This document shows positions 59,978-64,000 of a stretch of 64,000 bases of DNA, piece after piece. This DNA comes from an uncultured Candidatus Saccharibacteria bacterium (GTDB taxonomy: Bacteria; Patescibacteriota; Minisyncoccia; Ryanbacterales; HO2-45-13): NCBI GenBank assembly GCA_964354975.1, contig CAYHBS010000004.1:3614-67613 (forward strand), written 5' to 3'. The position numbers and the translations under genes are program-made. Numbering within the stretch: the stretch's first letter is position 1; each line of letters opens with the position of its first letter. Under the pieces are notes generated by a model. It worked only from the letters and a program-made list of their open reading frames with translations. It searched no databases and had not been told where the DNA came from.

Positions 59978-60259
59978 TTACTCCCTCCTCATGGAACTTT
60001 TATGTATTTCACCAACCGGGCGCGTGGACATACGATTGAGCTCGCGACCGCACTTCGGACAATTGTCTGTTGTCACAGAACGGCCAGCTAACGCTCCCTC
60101 GAGCATTATGGAAACGAACTGTGTCACCTTGTATGGATCGTGCGCACCGCTGATGACCATATACGTCACGGGGTAATTGCAACCGTTGCATTCTCGGCGC
60201 TCCTCGTGCATCATATTGCCTTCCTCCTCTGTTGTTGGATGAACGATGTTGGTTTCCAT
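59978..60259 (-). CDS. Zinc-ribbon protein (CxxC...CxxC), hypothetical
   Basis: CNGCN...CPKCG. Confidence 0.4.
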   Translation of the reverse strand: METNIVHPTTEEEGNMMHEERRECNGCNYPVTYMVISGAHDPYKVTQFVSIMLEGALAGRSVTTDNCPKCGRELNRMSTRPVGEIHKSSMRRE

Positions 60260-61088
60260 GGAGTCCGTAGATGGATCGCACCGAAACTGATCGCTTTCGC
60301 GCCGAGTTCCCTGAGCTTTTCCATATCTTCAAATTCCATGACGCTTGGACCAATCACAGGGATCGATCCTTGCTTGGCGAGCGCTTCAACTGCCTTCCAG
60401 TTATGTTTTTGTGCCGGCTTGCCGGAGACGCCACCGCCTCCACCACCGACTTACCTCTCGAGCTTCCACAACGGTGTCTGCTCGCCTTGAATAAATACTG
60501 TCTTCCACGGCACGCTGTTGAGAGAAACTGCTTCCGCAATTCCAATAAGTCCGCGCGCGATAGTGAGGTAGTCTTGGTCAGCTGAGATCTTCACGATGAT
60601 GGGATGACGCGAAGCACGTTTAACCGCCTTCACACTGTCGATCACCATCTGAGCCTGCTCCATTGTGTGTCCGGTATTGGGACATGAGACGTTCACTTCA
60701 AGCGCGACGAGGTCGAAGCGATTGAGCATGTCCGTCATTTCCACCAGCTCCTTTTTATCACCGAAGATTGATCCGGCTGTCGGGAACTTTTTGAAGTCGA
60801 GCGTAGGACCTACTCCCTACACCACCATTCGATGCCGGGGTTGGTAAGTCCAACCTTATTGACCGCGCCTCCTGGAATTAGGCGAACGCAGGTCCAGGGT
60901 TTCCACCACCGCAAATTCCCAGGTCGCGGGTTTCGCGTCAGGGACTTGATGACGACAGTGAATAATTCGGGCTTAATGAGACCGGACCACACGAGTGGTC
61001 GTTCCCAGGGCCATCCTTTGCCATCAAACGCAAGAGCGCCGCTTGCGACCATATATGTGAAAACATGGTCATTTGAAAGAGCGATCAT
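60241..61088 (-). pseudogene. pyrD: Dihydroorotate dehydrogenase (pyrD) gene disrupted by at least two frameshifts
   Basis: Three consecutive minus-strand pieces in different frames: an N-terminal piece (60810..61088, GLTNPG block), a middle piece (EVNVSCPNT = DHOD signature) and a C-terminal piece (GGVSGKP...IPVIGPSV). Confidence 0.6.
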
Positions 61089-61521
61089 GAGAAAATCCTC
61101 CTGTGTGCTGGTCTATTTCAAAGTTCAAATGAGCACACGAATCCGTGCTTTTGGCTTTGCCGAAATGAATCAGCTCTGCCGCAACCTTAGCGAGAAAAGA
61201 GGATATTGTAAATAATAAAATCCCTACGTCTTAAGGGTTTAAAGTTGCCAATCTGGCGGAGACGGTGTCCCGAAGTTAGAACCGAAAAAGTGGCTTAAAT
61301 TCAAGTATCTTGATAAAAGTATACAGAAACTACGGGCTATCTACAAAGTTCACCCTGAATGGTTTGAGGTGCCGAAACCAAAGTCAGATAAGGGGCAGAA
61401 CGCGGTAGATTACTCGATTAAATAAATTCATACCATCTGGCGGACGATATTGAGCGACGTTAGAACGTACTTCCAGAGTATCAAAATACCAGATCTTGCC
61501 AGATTTAAGGGACAAATAACG

Positions 61522-62415
61522 CTATTCTTCGTTGAGCCCTTGCCATTTACCACCCCGCTCAAATGACCAGATCGCATCATACGCAAAATCCTTACGAGTG
61601 AGTTCTGATTTATCTTTGATGGAAAAATCAAAGAAAACGAAATTCGGTACATCCTTCGCTGGTGTAGAGTTATCAAAAGGTGGAAGGATAAATTCAAACA
61701 AGATTGGCACGCCCGGCCGGTAGCGACGACGGAATTCCAAAAAATATGAACCCTTTCCCATTTTGCATCGCTTACCTAATACTAGAGAGATATGATGTTC
61801 GGCTATCTCGTCTTTGAGCGAAGCATTTCTGAGTTTGTCTCGGGCACTTTGAAAGAATTTATTGGCCATTGGCCGCTTTGGGTTTGGGTAGCATAAAAAT
61901 ACGTATTCATCGGGGCTTATCACTACTATCGAAATCTGTACATTTTTCGATTCATCCTTATTGCTTCCGTCCGTCCACTTTAAGAAAAGCCCTGAGAGGT
62001 TTTTGGCTAGTTCTAAGTCCGTCACCATCATGGAAACGAGCGGAATGTCCTCTTCGGTTGGCGGTTTTACATAACCAAAACCCATCCCGACCCATTTCTC
62101 TGGGTCTATCTCAAAATCCGGCATCGGATGAATGAATGCATAGGCATGCGCGAACGCTACCTTTTCCAAAAACAAGGAGATGAGATAAACGACAACTCCG
62201 AAACTAAAAGCGATCCATACCGAACCGAAAACAAAAAAGGCTGAAAGTAATCCAACCAGTGTAAAGAAGTATTTAATAAGTCGTGTTTTCCGCTGATGCC
62301 GTTGAGGTATAACCAATCTGAAAAACCTCTCTCCCTTCCGGATCTGGTACTCACTTCGAAAACGGTTTATTCGAAGCATTACTCGCCTATAAAATTGTCT
62401 GATTTGCTGTGGCAT
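61522..62415 (-). CDS. Hypothetical membrane-anchored protein
   Basis: 297 aa with two N-terminal TM helices. Confidence 0.5.
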   Translation of the reverse strand: MPQQIRQFYRRVMLRINRFRSEYQIRKGERFFRLVIPQRHQRKTRLIKYFFTLVGLLSAFFVFGSVWIAFSFGVVVYLISLFLEKVAFAHAYAFIHPMPDFEIDPEKWVGMGFGYVKPPTEEDIPLVSMMVTDLELAKNLSGLFLKWTDGSNKDESKNVQISIVVISPDEYVFLCYPNPKRPMANKFFQSARDKLRNASLKDEIAEHHISLVLGKRCKMGKGSYFLEFRRRYRPGVPILFEFILPPFDNSTPAKDVPNFVFFDFSIKDKSELTRKDFAYDAIWSFERGGKWQGLNEE

Positions 62416-62469
62416 AGCTTGTGGATAAATTCAATTCTTTTTATATAGGTATCATACTATAATATACAT

Positions 62470-63561
62470 ATGGCGAGCAATCAGATTTTCAAAGCAGTTT
62501 ATTTTTCTGACTACAAAGAAACGAACCCAAAAGCAAAGGGTGTTATTTTGGCTTTCGGTGAGAGAAATATAGATTTATATAAGAGCATAGTTGATTTAGG
62601 AAGTAGCGAGTTACGCAACTTGCTTGGAACCGACTCGTATCTTGAGCTAGAGCAACGCGCGCAACGGGAGGGGTTACCACTAAACACTTACTGCCTTTGG
62701 TATTTGCGGAAAAATCTCGGCGTAGAAGAAATAAAAACGAAAACAGTAAAGAGTGGCGGAAAGACAATCTCTAACTTTATGGGTCAGGTCATTAAGGGAG
62801 ATTGCTTAGAAGTAATGAAGTCAATTCCAGCAAAATCAATAGACATGATTTTGTGTGATTTGCCATACGGTACTACGCAAAACCATTGGGACAGTGTCAT
62901 CCCGATTGACCAACTTTGGAAGCACTATGAGCGAATTATAAAAGATAAGGGTGTCATTGCTCTTACGGGACAGGGGCTCTTTACGGCAAATTTGATGTTG
63001 TCTAACTCAAGATTATTTAAATACAAAATCACTTGGGTAAAATCAAAACCGACAAACTTTCTTAATGCCAAAAAACAACCGTTGAGGAAGCATGAGGATA
63101 TCTGTATTTTTTATAAGAGTCAGCCCGAATATAATCCTCAGATGACTTATGGTGAGCCTTATAATAAAGGTTTTAGGAAAGATCAATTCACTGGAAGCTA
63201 TGGCAATTTCAAAACCGTTGAGGTAAAAAGCAATGGCGAAAGGTATCCTACCGATGTTGTTTATTTTAAAACCGCCGAAAGTGAGGGCGAAGTTTATCAT
63301 CCTACACAAAAACCAGTAGAGCTTGGTCGCTATCTAATTCGCACTTTCACAAAGGAGGGCGAAGTTGTGCTAGACAATACTTGCGGAAGCGGCAGTTTCC
63401 TTGTTTCGGCCGTTTTAGAAGGAAGAAAATTTATTGGGATTGAAAAAAACGAAGATGTTTATCTGTTCAAGAAACATAAAGTGGATTATATCGAGGTTTC
63501 CAAAAAGCGTATCAAAGAAGCTGAAAATCAATACAAAGCTACTAGTAATAAACTTTTTTAG
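62470..63561 (+). CDS. Beta-class (N6-adenine/N4-cytosine) DNA methyltransferase
   Basis: DLPYG (DPPY motif IV) precedes HPTQKP and DNTCGSGSF (motif I). Confidence 0.85.
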   Translation: MASNQIFKAVYFSDYKETNPKAKGVILAFGERNIDLYKSIVDLGSSELRNLLGTDSYLELEQRAQREGLPLNTYCLWYLRKNLGVEEIKTKTVKSGGKTISNFMGQVIKGDCLEVMKSIPAKSIDMILCDLPYGTTQNHWDSVIPIDQLWKHYERIIKDKGVIALTGQGLFTANLMLSNSRLFKYKITWVKSKPTNFLNAKKQPLRKHEDICIFYKSQPEYNPQMTYGEPYNKGFRKDQFTGSYGNFKTVEVKSNGERYPTDVVYFKTAESEGEVYHPTQKPVELGRYLIRTFTKEGEVVLDNTCGSGSFLVSAVLEGRKFIGIEKNEDVYLFKKHKVDYIEVSKKRIKEAENQYKATSNKLF

Positions 63562-63618
63562 TTTAAAGTATTAAAAACCTTCAAATTCCGTCTCCGGTAT
63601 TTTTTCCACCATTTCACT

Positions 63619-64000
63619 CTATTCTTGTTGGGTGATAACCTCCTTCTCAAGGAGCCATTTTAGAACATGAATCGACTGATTGGGGTGTAGGAAGGGGCTC
63701 ACCTCTCCATTTAAGTGCATTTCGTTTTTAATATAATCAAGGTGTTTTTGTTGTAACACACCCCGTCCAACAAGATCGTAGCCGATACGTAAAGTATCGA
63801 CCCGAGTAAGATTTAAATCTCCCTTTTTCTCCGCATCCAATTTCACGTCTTCAGGTTCTATTTTTAGTAAATCGGTTATGGACTCAAGTCCATTTAAATT
63901 TCTATTATAAAATTCAATTTCATGCGCTCGATAGGCAAACCACTCTCTACCACGTTCTGATATTGCACCGGGTGGAAGATATACACCTTCGCGCAGTACC
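63619..64000 (-). CDS. Hypothetical protein (partial, continues beyond window end); candidate restriction endonuclease partner
   Basis: The ORF continues upstream past 64000. Convergent with the MTase. Confidence 0.35.
   Translation of the reverse strand, partial: VLREGVYLPPGAISERGREWFAYRAHEIEFYNRNLNGLESITDLLKIEPEDVKLDAEKKGDLNLTRVDTLRIGYDLVGRGVLQQKHLDYIKNEMHLNGEVSPFLHPNQSIHVLKWLLEKEVITQQE

Overview
This 64 kb bacterial window is mostly minus-strand housekeeping genes, interrupted by a long accessory stretch and ending in a type IV pilus cluster. The left third carries ftsK (partial), rpoC-rpoB, an AT-rich SAM-methyltransferase inserted next to a duplicated secF 3' end, secF-secD, rplK-nusG-secE, an aspartoacylase-family gene, gyrB, pheT-pheS and dus. 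rplA, rplJ and rplL are not next to rplK; secDF sits there instead. The gene content and small-genome style suggest a CPR/Patescibacteria-like organism, but that is inference.

From about 20.1 to 40.6 kb the content is accessory and mosaic. It holds an ArsR-like regulator flanked by identical perfect palindromes, a fused L,D-transpeptidase/DD-carboxypeptidase, two DnaA-domain-IV-like HTH proteins, a GIY-YIG nuclease and several small ORFs. A free-standing retron-type reverse transcriptase (YIDD catalytic motif) follows; directly downstream of it is a roughly 340 nt structured, inverted-repeat-flanked, terminator-bounded non-coding segment next to a polytopic membrane protein. The segment from about 27.0 to 40.5 kb looks lower in GC. 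It carries a glycosyltransferase, a dNK-like kinase, a phosphatase-like ORF, a NodU/CmcH carbamoyltransferase and a NUDIX hydrolase. It also carries an about 5 kb segment bounded by 22 bp direct repeats that encodes a collagen-like tail-fibre-like protein, an HTH protein, a TerS-like protein and a large serine recombinase. Two LAGLIDADG-type endonuclease genes each read into the 5' end of a tRNA gene (tRNA-Met/Ile CAT and an atypical tRNA-Asp GTC whose 3' end is duplicated 170 bp downstream). A compact trpC-like gene lies between them.

The right third carries gatA-gatC-ligA, then the pilus genes: four prepilin-type N-terminal-domain proteins, pilD, pilA, pilC, pilT, a CheY-like receiver, pilB, pilO-like, pilN-like and pilM, plus comFC. 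A RelE/Phd toxin-antitoxin pair and 16 bp tandem repeats sit between pilA and pilC. Further right are a frameshifted pyrD, several hypothetical proteins and a beta-class DNA methyltransferase convergent with a partial ORF that may be its restriction partner. No rRNA genes or CRISPR arrays were seen.
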